Source: Eledone cirrhosa
Lineage: Eukaryota
Direction: 5' to 3'
Assembly: GCA_964016885.1 (NCBI GenBank)
Contig: OZ024742.1
Location: forward strand, 211,978,001-212,042,000
Length of the DNA stretch: 64,000 nucleotides
Shown in pieces: positions 1-14,556 of this stretch. How positions within the stretch are numbered: the first letter of the stretch is position 1; each line of letters starts with the position of its first letter. A program made the translations under genes and the position numbers. The notes under the pieces are model-generated. The model had not been told where the DNA came from. It did no database searches and saw nothing but the letters and a program-made list of their open reading frames with translations.

Positions 1-122
1 ATATATATATGTATATATATCTATATATATATATATGTATATATATCTATATATATATATGTATATATATCTATATATATATATATGTATATTATATCTA
101 TATATCTATATAAATATCTATA

Positions 123-189
<67 letters not shown>

Positions 190-563
190 ATATATCTATA
201 TATATATATATGTATATATATCTATATATATGTATATATATCTATATATATATATATATGTATATATATCTATATATATGTATATATATCTATATATATA
301 TATGTATATATATCTATATATATATATGTATATATATCTATATCTATATCTATATCTATATATATATGTATATCTATCTATCTATATATATATATATGTA
401 TATCTATCTATATATATATATATATGTATATATATCTATATATATATATATGTATATCTATCTATATATATATATATATGTTATATATATCTATATATAT
501 ATATATATATGTATATATCTATATATATATATATATGTATATATATCTATATATAAATATATA

Positions 564-635
<72 letters not shown>

Positions 636-679
636 AATATGTATATATATATGTATAAAAATATGTCTATATATATATC

Positions 680-710
<31 letters not shown>

Positions 711-980
711 CTATATATATATGTATATATATCTATATATATCTATCTATATATATATATATATGTATATATATGTATATATATCTATATATATATATGT
801 ATATATATGTATATATATATATGTATATAAATATGTATATATATATATCTCTATATATATATATATTGTATATAAATATGTATATATATCTCTATATATA
901 TATGTGTATATATATCTATATATATATATGTATATATATGTATATATATATATACGTATATAAATATGTATATATATATC
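1..980. repeat. Compound (TA)n microsatellite with TATG/TATC variants
   Basis: Directly visible; produces the spurious Y/I/M/C ORFs. Confidence 0.97.
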
Positions 981-1468
981 TCTGTCCTTAGGGCATCAAC
1001 ATATGTTAACCTTGGTCTTCCTCTTCTAGTGTGTCCATGTAGGGGCTCCCAAAGGAGCACTGAGTGCAATGTCAACTCTGGATGTCGGTGAGCATGTCCA
1101 GCCAACCTCAGTCTCCTCTGTGTCACTTTTGAGCTGACTTTTGGGATGCTCCCATACAGCTCTGAGTTTTTCATCCTCAGTGTATACTGATTAATGTTCA
1201 GAGCCATCCTCAGCATTCTCGTGTAGCACCCATCCACCATCTGAGAGAGTTTCTTGGTCAGTGTCCAAGTCTCAGACCCATACAGCAGCACAGACTCCAC
1301 TACAGCAATGAAGAGGCGGATTTTCAGGTCTCTACGAAGGTCCGACTTCCACACCGATCTCAAGCTGGTCTGTTGGAGATGCAGGATATGGCAGCGATAA
1401 TGAGGGATAGAGACCGCTGGAGAGAACTCGTCCATGGATCTCGGGAATTTTACCCGCCTTAGATGAGA
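981..1468. mobile_element. RTE-like LINE 3' fragment with inverted 5' part
   Basis: Minus strand 981-1369 encodes [22 protein letters not shown]...RRLRLAGH...[14 protein letters not shown]. Plus strand 1365-1462 encodes the continuation [31 protein letters not shown]. Confidence 0.85.
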
Positions 1469-1470
1469 GA

Positions 1471-1520
<50 letters not shown>

Positions 1521-1766
1521 TATATACATACATATATATTATACATATATATATATATACATACATATATATATACATACATATATATATATATACATAC
1601 ATATATATATATATACATATATACATACATATATACATACATATATATATACATACATATATACATACATACATATATACATACATACATATATACATAC
1701 ATACATATATACATACATATATTATACATACATATATATATACATACATATATATTATATATATAC

Positions 1767-1813
<47 letters not shown>

Positions 1814-1884
1814 CATATATACATATATATACATATATACATATATATATATATACATACATAAATATATATATACATATATAC

Positions 1885-1917
<33 letters not shown>

Positions 1918-1922
1918 CATAC

Positions 1923-1961
<39 letters not shown>

Positions 1962-2004
1962 CATACATATATATATATATACATATATATATATACATAC
2001 ATAC

Positions 2005-2057
<53 letters not shown>

Positions 2058-2137
2058 CATACATATATATATATACATATATATATATATACATATATAT
2101 ATACATACATATATATATATATATACATATATATATA

Positions 2138-2200
<63 letters not shown>

Positions 2201-2429
2201 CATATACATACATATATATATACATATATATACATATATATATATACATATACATATATATACACATATACATATATATATATATACATATACATATATA
2301 TACACATATACATATATATACACATATACATATATATACATATATATACATATACATATACATACATATATATATATACATATACATACATATATATATA
2401 CATATATATATATATATACATATACATAC

Positions 2430-2462
<33 letters not shown>

Positions 2463-2473
2463 CATATACATAC

Positions 2474-2518
<45 letters not shown>

Positions 2519-2762
2519 CATTACATATATATACACATATACATATATATATATATACATATACATATATACACATATACATATATATATACATATATAT
2601 ATAAATATACATACATATATACATATACATACATATACATATATATACATATACATATACATACATAAATATATATACATATACATACATATACATATAT
2701 ATATATATACATATATATATACATACATATACATACATATATATACATATATATATATATAC

Positions 2763-2805
<43 letters not shown>

Positions 2806-3286
2806 CATACATATATATACATACATATACATACATATATATACATACATATACATACATATATATACATACAATATACATACATATACATACATAATAT
2901 ATACATACATATATATACATATACATACATATATATACATATACATACATATATATTATATACATATACATACATATATATATATATACATATACATACA
3001 TATACATACATATATATACATAATATATATACATATACATACATATATATAATACATATACATACATATATATATATATATATACATATACATACACATA
3101 CATATATACATACATATATATATACATACACATACATATACTATACATACATATATATATATATATATATACATACATATATATATATATATATATACAT
3201 ATACATACATACATATACATATATATACATACATACATATACATATATATATATATACATATACATATATATATATATACATATAC

Positions 3287-3318
<32 letters not shown>

Positions 3319-3332
3319 ATATATACATATAC

Positions 3333-3388
<56 letters not shown>

Positions 3389-3825
3389 ATACATATACAT
3401 ATATATATACATATATATATACATACACATACTATACATACATACATATACATACATATATATACATATACATACATATATATATACATATACATACATA
3501 TATATATATATATATACATACATATACATACATATACATACATATATATATACATATACATACATATATATATACATATACATACATATATATATATATA
3601 TATACATACATATATATATATATATATACATACATATATATATACATATACATACATATATATATATATATACATACATACATATACATATATATATATA
3701 TACATATACATACATACATATACATATATATATATATATACATACATACATATACATATATATATATATACATATACATATACATATATATATATACATA
3801 TACATATACATATACATATATATAC

Positions 3826-3916
<91 letters not shown>

Positions 3917-3969
3917 CATATACATATATATACATATATATATATACATATATATATATATACATATAC

Positions 3970-4002
<33 letters not shown>

Positions 4003-4325
4003 CATACATATATATATACATATACATATACATATATATACATATATATATACATATATATATATACATACATATATATATATATACATACATATATATA
4101 TATATATATACATACATATATATATATATATACATATACATACATATATATATACACATATATACATATATATACACATATACATATACATATATACACA
4201 TATACATATATATATACACATACATTTATATATATACACATACATTTATATATATACACATATACATATATATATATATATACACATATACATATATATA
4301 TACACATACATTTATATATATACAC

Positions 4326-4357
<32 letters not shown>

Positions 4358-4445
4358 ACATATATATATATATATACATATATACACATATATACATATA
4401 CATACACATATATATATATATATACACACATATATATATATATAC

Positions 4446-4478
<33 letters not shown>

Positions 4479-4673
4479 CATATATACATATATATACACA
4501 TATATACATATATATACACATATATACATATATATACACATATATACATATATATACACACATATATACATATATATATATATACATACACATATATATA
4601 TATACACATATATATATATATATATACACATATATACATATATATATATATATACACATATATACACATGTAT

Positions 4674-4712
<39 letters not shown>

Positions 4713-4715
4713 TAT
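1469..4715. repeat. ~3.2 kb compound (TA)n/(CATA)n/(CA)n microsatellite
   Basis: Directly visible. Confidence 0.97.
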
Positions 4716-6323
4716 AAAAAGCGTTGGCAATAAATTTCTATAAAATTAAGTCATTTGTAATGAAATCTACTGGTGAATTAGCAAATATTAAAGTTACTGC
4801 TACAGTGCCAAATAATGAAGGGTGAAGTGTGAGACAAAACACAAGTGAGCATGCTCAATATGATGAACACAAATGGATGAAGGTGATTTCATTACAAGCA
4901 AATACCTTTATGTTAAAAAAAAATGATTCAAACAAAGTTAAGAGAAGCATTCACTGATGTGTTAAGGCATGTTAAATTGATACACTGTTAAAAGCAGCAA
5001 TAAGGGTGGATGGGAAATAACATTGGGCAAAAGTGCTTAAGAACATTAAGCTAAAAATAAAATGGATAATAAATAATAAATTAGAAAAACAAAAGAAAAT
5101 TAAAACAAAAGAAAAAAATTAAGTAATTTTATATCCATGCTCCTAGCATTTGTTTAACAAGAGCTGAACTCTATATGGACTGCTTAAAGCATATATATAG
5201 ACTATAGCATCTCTTAGTGTAGGAAGATTTCAAAAGTCAATCTTAGAATAAGGAACTATTAAAATTAACACTAGTGCTATTTGCTTGCAAAAGCTATTTT
5301 ACGTATTTCAATACTACCAAATACTTTTAGCCAATTATAAAGAACAGGGTCTTTCAGCCATTTATAAGAAACAAGTGGTCATGTTGGTGACACAATTAAA
5401 AAGTACCCAGTCCAACTTGTTGGTTGGTTGTTTTAGTGCCAAGATAAAAAAAACAACAAAAATAAAAAAAAACACCCAGTCTGCATTGAAGTAGATCATA
5501 ATTTGACATGCATCTTAAACTAACTGAGTGATATTAGTAATAGAATAATGGAGTTAGTTATATATATATATATAATTAAAACTTTAGAATCTAAGTATAA
5601 ATTTTACATTTATATTCACAGCCCTTTGCTATTTATACTTAAAGTATATTTATCTAATTTTGAATCAAATTAACAACAATATTTGTCATCTTTTAGGTGA
5701 TTTTTTTTATTTCTCACTACGATTTCAGAAGATAATTTTGTTAACATAGTTTCAAATAATTATTTAAAGCCCTTTTAAAACTCTTCTTTTTTTTTCCATA
5801 TTTATTTATAACTTGCCCAGTTATATAGGGACAGCATTCACCGTATATACTCAAATATAAGCCAACTCTTTATTTTATGTCTGAAAACGGGCAAAAATAC
5901 AAACTTCGGTAAGGACTGAGTTTTGGTGCTAAACCAGTCAAATGTATGTTTATTGTTGTGTAACAAAATTTATAAACCCTCGCAAATAATTTATAGTAGA
6001 CATCTATAAGATAACAAGATTGCAGCTTTTTTCATGTAGTATGAGATAGAGAAATGTGTTCTCACAAAGACCTTAACATCGATAATTATATGTATTTCTT
6101 AATGACACATGGAGTGAAATTCGGTGATTATCCAGCTTTTCTATCACTCCAAAATAAGGAAAATAATACTGGTTATATCTAAACAAAGCGTTTTTTCTGC
6201 AGATTTAGAAAATATAAACACATTTACTGTACAGTCCTAATTTACTCATTACTGAAGCGAAATAGAATATAGATTCCAACACTGATTTAAAAAGGAACTT
6301 CATCATTTTTTGCTTTTGATAGA

Positions 6324-6364
<41 letters not shown>

Positions 6365-7155
6365 CCCCACATTAAATCAAGATGTTTTAATTTATGCGAA
6401 CTGAGTAAATCTTTTCTTCAAATTTTATACAGGAGGTACTTAGGATTTTACATATAGATATTTTGGAGTTACCTTCAATAGTATTACTACTATAACTTAG
6501 TATTTTATATACAACTAAGGTTTATAACAAATGCTGTATGTTAATTCTTCCAAGTTTTCTTCTAACCTCTAATTAATTTAACTTTAGCAAAAACTACTGA
6601 GTGCATATCAGTCACCATGTGACTACTAAAAGCGTAATTTGAAATCATTAAACATTTGCAATGGAAATAATAAAATTTGGTTTAGTAATAAAGTGAAAAT
6701 GAATAGGGATAAAATAAAAAGTTAGATGGACAAGCATTTGTATAACAGTTCTATGGATATAAGCAGTAAGGTAACATGACTAACTTATAGTTAAATAAAA
6801 GAGAACAAAATAAATGGCGAGAATGAGAGAGAGAGAGAGTGTTAGTTAAGTATGTGTCATCAGACATATATTACACACAAACACACATACATATACATTA
6901 CACACACGTGTGTGTGTGTGTATATATATATACATACACACACACACACACATATATATATACACACACACACACACATATATATACACACACACACACG
7001 CACACATATATATATATATATGCGCGCACACATACACACACTTTCCACTCATATTGCAAACAATAATAAAATGCAGATGAAGGCTTCTCTTATTTTGTTG
7101 ACTAGGGCTAGGGTTAGTCTGTAGTCATATATTGATAGAGTAGGCAAAACCTTAC

Positions 7156-7185
7156 CTTCTTCATTAACCAAGTCTTCTTGTGAGC
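7156..7185 (-). CDS. RAPGEF1: Candidate 30-nt phase 1-1 microexon of RAPGEF1 (GSQEDLVNEE)
   Basis: ttttcttcatacttaag|GCTCACAAGAAGACTTGGTTAATGAAGAAG|gtaagg. Open in the phase left by exon 26547-26622. Strong donor, weak AAG acceptor. Confidence 0.4.
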
Positions 7186-8154
7186 CTTAAGTATGAAGAA
7201 ATGATGATGGAGCTTTAACTTAATTTTTTTAAAGCAAAGAATGAAATGGTTCAAAATATTACTTTAAAATCAAATAAACAGTCGGAAATAAGTTTTGAAT
7301 TTAATCCAGGACATTGATTCTTATATATCAAAACAAAGTTCACTAATTTCATGCATACTTCAATTTTTGTTTTATTAAAAATATAAATTTCCATCTATAT
7401 AATTCCATAATGGCATATATGAAAAGCTAATTTCCTTGTAACAAAAAAAAAAAAAAAGAATATATATATAAATCAGAAATAAGTTTTCTGATTATAAATA
7501 TCTACTTCAAATTTTGTTGAAGTTACAAAGCATTTTTGTCTTTAAAACTGCTTTGCAACTATAATAATTGTCATATAGTATACAGCTTATCAATAGAACC
7601 AGAATTGCAGATGCAATTTGAATACTTATTTGATTAACACGAATAGAGTTTTGAATAGAGAACTCAGATGAAGCTTATTTTGTACTATATGTAACAAGTT
7701 ATTTAGTTATGTTAGTTACTAGAAGTTATTAAAATTGATTAATTTTTCTACATATTTGGCTAATATAATTTTTTTAATAGTTATATCTACATTTATTAAA
7801 TAGTCAAAATCAAAACCTAATAGTTCTTACTAAACAGAATGCACTTGCATGAAATAACTTAGAAATACTCACTACAGATTAGTCCCTGCTAAGTTCTAGT
7901 CAGCAAAAACTAATCTAAAATGAGTTTTTCAAAACTATGTATAATATAATTCTATAGCATATGTAAAACAATAACATGAGTGCATGAATAGTGCAACCAG
8001 CACCATTAAATTACCATGCAATATTTCCAAATGAATTATTCAATTATATATGAGTGTAAGATGTAAAAAGTAGTGGTATGCACTTCTTTCAGCAAGTTAA
8101 TTTTCACAATAATATAAAAGAATAACAAGACAAGGAATAATGATGACAATGATA

Positions 8155-8197
<43 letters not shown>

Positions 8198-8381
8198 CTC
8201 TTGTAAATAGTGCAAGCATGAAATAATAGTATTACCTGATATTGCTTCATGCATAGACATATTATTAGTAATGGTTGGGGAAGGGATATTATTAAAAAAC
8301 AACTTTTAAAATAACAAAAATATCAGAGATTAATTTGATAAATGATATGAAAGATGAATATGTTGTAAACATGGAATTTAC

Positions 8382-8411
8382 CAATGCTTTTCATTAGAAA
8401 ACCGAAGGATT
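8382..8411 (-). CDS. RAPGEF1: Candidate 30-nt phase 1-1 microexon of RAPGEF1 (ESFGFLMKSI)
   Basis: ctctgactcttttaatag|AATCCTTCGGTTTTCTAATGAAAAGCATTG|gtaaat. Branch-point-like CTGAC, open in phase 1, TGCATG motifs downstream. Confidence 0.4.
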
Positions 8412-8723
8412 CTATTAAAAGAGTCAGAGTTGAATCAATAAACTTTCAATTTATTAATACCAGGTGCATTTAGCGAAATATAAATCAGGTTATAGCATTA
8501 TAAAATAAGCATCTCTTAAAAATATATCTAATCAAGTTAATAAATATACTGAACAAATAAGGTATGGACAAGCAAAATGATTAATTTGAACCCATACAAT
8601 AAACCATAGCGCACTCCTCTACTCCTGAGTACAGGCCTGATTTATCTGGAAAAATAGATCTAGTTAGCTTGAATGAATGGAAGTTAAAAGATTTTTTAGG
8701 ACTATTCTTATATATACACACAC

Positions 8724-8783
<60 letters not shown>

Positions 8784-8823
8784 AGATATATATACATAGA
8801 TATATATACATAGATATATACAC

Positions 8824-8864
<41 letters not shown>

Positions 8865-8960
8865 CAATGATATATACATAGATATATATATATATACATA
8901 TAAATATACATAGATATATACACATATATATATATATATACACATATATATACACACATA

Positions 8961-9339
8961 TCATCATTTTATTTCTGCTTTGCCCTGTTTGCAAGGGTGG
9001 GACGGGAACTGATTCTGGCTTATTTCTACAGCTGGATGCCCTTCCTAACACCAACCTCATTTACAGTGAGTGCTGGGTGCTTTTTTTCCGTGGCGCCTAC
9101 ATGTCCACTTTACAGTGTTGGTTGGGTGCTTCTTTTACCGTGGCACCCCCACGACTGCTTTGCAGTGGAATGATATGGACCCCAGTCCCATCATCTCATT
9201 TCTACAGCTGAGTAAACTGGAGCAACGTGAAATAAAGTGTCTTGCTAAAGGGACAACACATCAACCGGTCCGAAAATTGAACTCACAACCTTTCGATTGC
9301 AAGCCCAATGCTTTAACCACTAAGCCATGCGCCTTCACT
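8961..9339 (-). mobile_element. tRNA-derived SINE with CORE-like centre and RTE-derived 3' tail
   Basis: Minus strand: A box TGGCTTAGTGG, B-box-like GAGTTCAAT, AGCAAGACACTT core, AAGGGCATCCAGCTGTAGAAA shared with the RTE 3' UTR, and an (ATG)n tail. Same family as 24223-24497 and 55835-56168. Confidence 0.85.
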
Positions 9340-9344
9340 CATAC

Positions 9345-9405
<61 letters not shown>

Positions 9406-9423
9406 TACATATATGTATACATA

Positions 9424-12400
9424 TATATCTATACATATTATGGTCGAATTTGTAGGTTTAGATTATAACCTTCTCGTAAACTTCTCCATATTTACTGGCC
9501 TGAAAACTATAGTTTTCAGGACGATCTCAAATACCACCAGAAAACCAGCTCAATTAACTCAAAATGAAACTGAGCTGGTTCTAAGAAACTCCATGAAGGA
9601 CATTACCTTCATATAGAAGGGAAAACTCTTTGGGAGTTTATCAATAATAATGAAAGACCACTTGACGGCACAGAAATATTCTGTGTCGCCAATTGTGTCC
9701 CCCCTCTACACCTTTTCCCCCACATATATGGGAAAAAGGACCCCCAAAATAAGAGTAACAAATATCACACCAAATGTAAACATCTGGTGGATATTAGCTG
9801 GTTTCCTCAATTTTGATGAAGACAGTAATTTCGGTAGGAAAGTCCTCCAGGGGCATATTTAATGGTACAAGCTTAGAAGTTCTGGTCCAAATGAGACCAG
9901 AACGGATAGCTAGAATACCACGTGTGCCTCTGGATGGAAATTCCTACATAAACATTTCTGTTGAGGGTAGGCGGCCTTCATGTTACCAGTGTTTTAGCAG
10001 TGGTCACCTGAGGGCTTCCTGTCCTCAATTAACTGCATTAAAAAAAGGCCCTACTGCCGACACCCAACACAACCACCACCACAAGACACAAAAATAACAA
10101 AAACAAACCAAACTGCAAACACAGTCCCACCCAAACCCTCCCCGCCTAAAACAACTCCCAAAACACCCACAAGCACAACAGCTCCCCAAAACGTACCCCT
10201 CCCCAATCAAACAGACACCACAACGGACGAAGGCCCCTCGTCATCACTCAGTCATGATGAGGGAGAACCCCTCCGCGCCAAAAAAAAGAAAAAAGACATA
10301 ACACGAACAAAAAGGCAACAAACACACAACCACCAACACAAACAACACAAACATTACAAACAAAAATCCCCCCCTCCCGAAAACAAAACAATGACAACAC
10401 TCCAAACACAAATACCCACAACAAAACGAAAACACACACAAGAACAACAGACAAAAACTAACACAACACAACAAAAATATTATACATACATAAACACTGA
10501 CAATAAAACCTTGATGGAGGTCATCTCCAAAAACCCTTCCGTTGAAACTGAAGGAAAATATTTTACCAAATGTAAAGACAAACCTAATTTAAGGATGATT
10601 AGGATCCCTACGGACACCTATAAGTCCTTAAAGGAAAACTTTGCTGAGGACGTGGGGAATGTGTGTTAAACCAACGAACCGCGTCCTCTTGAAACGTTTC
10701 CCCACCTCCACCACACCAAACATCTCCGTCCCCACCCCGCCAGGAACCACCACCCTACCAAACAACCCCTCCAACACCCCCATGAACATTGTGTAGCCTG
10801 GTCTCCAGGAAGCAAGGAGGTGAGTGTATTCTTTCCTCTTCTTTTCTAATTATTCCTCACCAACATGGCCGATATAAAAGACGGATGTGTGAATGTGCGC
10901 GGCCTGGGGATTCGCTGGAAACAGGGCAAACTCTTAAACGACCTCAGGTCGCACAGTATGGATGTAATTGCTATCTGCGAGTCCAGGATCCACAGCAAGT
11001 GACAGCTGGCTCCCATCTTCGATGATTATGAGATCTACGCATCTCTCTGTCAGCCGGGAGGTAGGGGCGAGGTTGCCGTTTTGCTGAGGAAACACCTGGG
11101 CCTCGTAACACAGATGGTACATCTGGACCCGGAGGGTTGACTGGTGGTCCTAGATGTTGACGGTAGTGAAGGTGGCCGCTAATTCCCCATCCGGGACTCC
11201 ATGGCCAGACTTCTTCAAACGTCTAGAGAGTTTTCTGAGGACGTCCCGCTTCTTGCTTTTAGTGGACTGGAATGGAATCCTAGATGTATGTTGGGACTAT
11301 GTGGGAGCATGTCCCGATAAAGGGGGGTGTAACAGCTTCAAACAGTTAATCAGCCGATTTGACCTGGCCGATAGATAGAGACTAGATTTTCCGACTGTGC
11401 CACTGTTGAAGTGGACTAATCGCAGTGGAACATCTAGACCGTACCTAGATAAGGTTCTAGTTAGAAATAAGGATCGGGACATGTTAAGGTGTCCACAAAT
11501 GTTCATGGTTGCCTATTCAGATCACAAACTAGTGACCTGCATGGTCAACCTTGATAGAAACCATAGACAAGGACCCGGCTACTGGAAGCTGAACTTGTCA
11601 TTACCGACATGCAAAGCCTACAGTAGACAGATTAGCACTTTAGTTAAACAGCACTTGACAGGAGCCATTGTCAACAACAGATGGTGGTACTCTCTCAAGG
11701 GGGCAGTTAGATTAGACTCGTTAGTTTTTAGTAAAGAATTAGCATTAAATATAAATAGGACCGAGAAGGAACTGGTAGATAAAGTGGAAGGGGCAATTAG
11801 AAGTGGCAACGTAGCCAGCATGCTAGCAACAAGAACGGCCTTGGACCAGTTCTTCGATGCAAAGCACGAGGGCTGTGTTTGTCAGAAGCAAAATACGTGC
11901 TCTGGGTAACGAGGGAGCCAAAGCTGTTAGCTGGGCCCGGGTGACGGAGGCGATTGGTGGAAACAAGTCCACGATTCGGTCTTTGAAGGACCAAGACGGA
12001 TGTGTGATACATGAGCCGAAGCAGATGTGCGCGGCCTTTCAGCTGTTCGGGCAGGGCGACGCGCTGGGAGGGGCTATGGATTTCGGTCCATACCTCGACT
12101 CTCGGACAGTGAGGTAAAGTTCTGCGAAAGGCCGATTTCAGCCGTTGAGATAGAAGACGCGCTAAGCCAATGCGGCAAACGCAAATCTCCAGGGGTCGAC
12201 GGTCTACCCTACGAATTTTACGGACTTGCTCTCTGTTCTCCTGGAAGCAGTCTACTGCAACTGGCAGCAGAATGGGAGAATTCCCAGTTGTGACCAGGGG
12301 CGTAGTCACGCTAGTCAGGAAGGACGAGAATAAGGGGGATGACATAGGCAACTTCCAGCCCATAACTCTGCTAAACACAGAGTTATAGATCTTGGCCAAG

Positions 12401-14125
12401 GTGTTGGCAAAGAGGCTGGCGCTTGTCGTCGAAAACCTGGTGGGAGAAGCACAGACATGCGCAATCCCTACCAAGTCCATACACGACAACCTCCACCTCA
12501 TGTGATATATCGTAGAGAGGGTTGGGTGTAAACCCGGCTTTGGTGGGGCCCTGATCAACTTGGATCAGTCTAAGGCTTTCGATATTGTTGACCATCGTTA
12601 CCTGGATGTAGTGCTTGACGCAGCAGGCTTTGAACCTGTGTTCAGGGGCTGGATTGCTGCAATGCACAGCAGCAACATCTGCTCGAGGGTCAAGGTGAAC
12701 GGCTACCTCTTGGAGCCGTTCCATCCGACAGGGATGCCCTCTCTCCTCCCTTCTGTACGTACTGACTCTCGAGCCACTAATGCGGAAGTTGGAGCTATTG
12801 CAGGGCATCGCTCTGGAACCGGGACCGCGGAAAGCGGTGTCGGCCTACGCTGACGTGACAGTAATGGTGTCGAGCACCTCACAAATCGAGGAAGTCGGCA
12901 CCTTACTGAAGGAATACGAAAGGTTCACAGGAGCGAAGCTGAACTGGGACAAGTCCATCGGTTTGCAACTCGTATCGTGGAGAGGCAAACCGATGCCTTC
13001 CGATGGCAGGACCGGTGAAGCTGCTCGGGGTCTGGTTTGGTACGGACCTCTAGGTGGAGAAGAACTGGAACGAGGTGACGGCCAAGGTGTTTGCACTCAC
13101 CCAGAAGAGGGCCAAGTGCAAACTATCTTTGAAAGGTCAAGCGGAGGTGGCGAACTTTTATAGCGTTCGTCATCTACTACCGCTTGACCGTCGTGCCTTG
13201 TCCAGCCAAAACGCTCACCGAAATGGAGCACGCACTCTTCCAATTCCTTCAGAAGAAGCGGGCTCCTTTGGTGAGAAGATCCATCTGCTGCCAACGGAGG
13301 GCTGGGAATGCTGTGGCTGACGATGCGCAAAAAAGCACTCAGGCTCCGGCACCTCCACGTATTCCTCACCGGACAACCGGTGTGGGCACCGTTTGTGAGG
13401 CGAGCTTTCTCACGACTCATATCGCTGACTGAGCTGTAGACCTGGGTCAAGAAAAGACCGAGGAAAATGGGCGACTGGCACATTGAATGTGCTCAGGCGC
13501 TCACAGCCCTCTGGCAGGCGGGCCCGGCGATCAGTGGCGACTCTACTTCGTCATTCTATAGAGGGTTGGTCCGCAGCAAGTGCGACGACGTGTTTGGAGA
13601 AACTCTAGGTGTAGAGGAAGACGAACTGGCCAGTCTGTTCGGTAGGACCTTCTGCCCGGGACTGATGGACAATTTCCAAAATTCCCTGGCCTGGCAGTGC
13701 TACCGAGGAGCTCTACCAGTTCGACAAGCTCTACAGACATGGGCGCCCGGGCAGGGACCCTTCGAAAAAGATCTGTCCGAGATGCCTGCGAGACGAAGAA
13801 ACCGTCGCGCACGCATTCGTACACTGCCCGGGCGTTACCAACCTGTTGGGCTATGTAGAACGACTATTGTCGCGGGTGGGACCAAGCCGGTTGACCACCG
13901 AGTCCATTTTCCTTTGTGTGATAGCTATGGCGAAAGAGGTTGTATGGTGGACGAGTTTAAGAGGTCAGACACTTTTCTCTCCGGCCAACAACTGATTCTT
14001 TTTTTCAAATACCACTTTGGAAGAAGAATCAGGATGGAGAGAGAGGTGCTGTACCCCAGCAAATTTTATGAAAGGTGGGTGAAGGTGGCGAGAATGGCCC
14101 CGAGTTAATGGGCCTTCTCTCTATA
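9424..14125 (+). mobile_element. Decayed L1/Tx1-clade non-LTR retrotransposon (ORF1 zinc knuckle, ORF2 APE-RT-CCHC)
   Basis: ORF1 has CYQCFSSGHLRASC. ORF2 starts near 10864 with GCVNVRGL, followed by YLDKV, SDHKLV, GPGYWKLN, KSPGVDGLPYEFY, QPITLLN, DQSKAFD, AYAD and C-terminal CPRC..ETVAHAFVHC. Many frameshifts and stops. Confidence 0.88.
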
Positions 14126-14160
14126 TCAGCCTGTAGGTTGAGGAAAAAGAGGAAGCTCGC

Positions 14161-14490
14161 TTGACTGCAACCCCCTCGACTTCTTTGTGTGGGGCGCAGT
14201 GGAACGAGACTCCAACAGATCTAGCTGCAATACGAAAGACGATCTGAAGGCCAGGATCACAAGTGCCTTTAGGGGCCTAAGTCGGAGGACAATGACGAAG
14301 GCCTGTAGCCGGTTCCAAGGCCGCCTTGAGGCCGTCATCAAAGCCAATGGCGGGTTTATCGAGTGAGATCGAAAGAACAAGTCATGAAGACAAACTGACC
14401 CAAGTTTGATAAATATATCTTAAAAAATAAAACTACTGTGTTATTTTTTCCTAGATAGTAATCTTGCGAACAAATATCGTCCGCACCCTG
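14161..14490 (+). mobile_element. Tc1/mariner (maT-like) 3' fragment with right TIR
   Basis: DCNPLDFFVWGAVE; near-identical to 40899-41227. Ends ...GCGAACAAATATCGTCCGCACCCTG|TA. Confidence 0.85.
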
Positions 14491-14556
14491 TATATGTACA
14501 TACACACATATATATATGTACACACATATATACATACACATACATATATATACATA

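Noticed and set aside
851-4730. 1124-aa and other long Y/I/M/C/V/H/T ORFs (also 1-990, 21709-24374)
   Set aside because: Translations of stop-free microsatellites; only the RTE segment is real coding sequence.
4900-4930. Possible recursive splice site (T-tract..AAG|GTATTT, minus strand)
   Set aside because: Non-YAG acceptor and weak donor; not supportable from sequence alone.
5841-6460. pogo/Tigger-like TIR start CCGTATATACTC..ATATAAGCC
   Set aside because: No clear matching second TIR found.
9265-9339. tRNA gene (also 55835, 50338)
   Set aside because: tRNA-like SINE heads continuing into SINE bodies; no complete cloverleaf.
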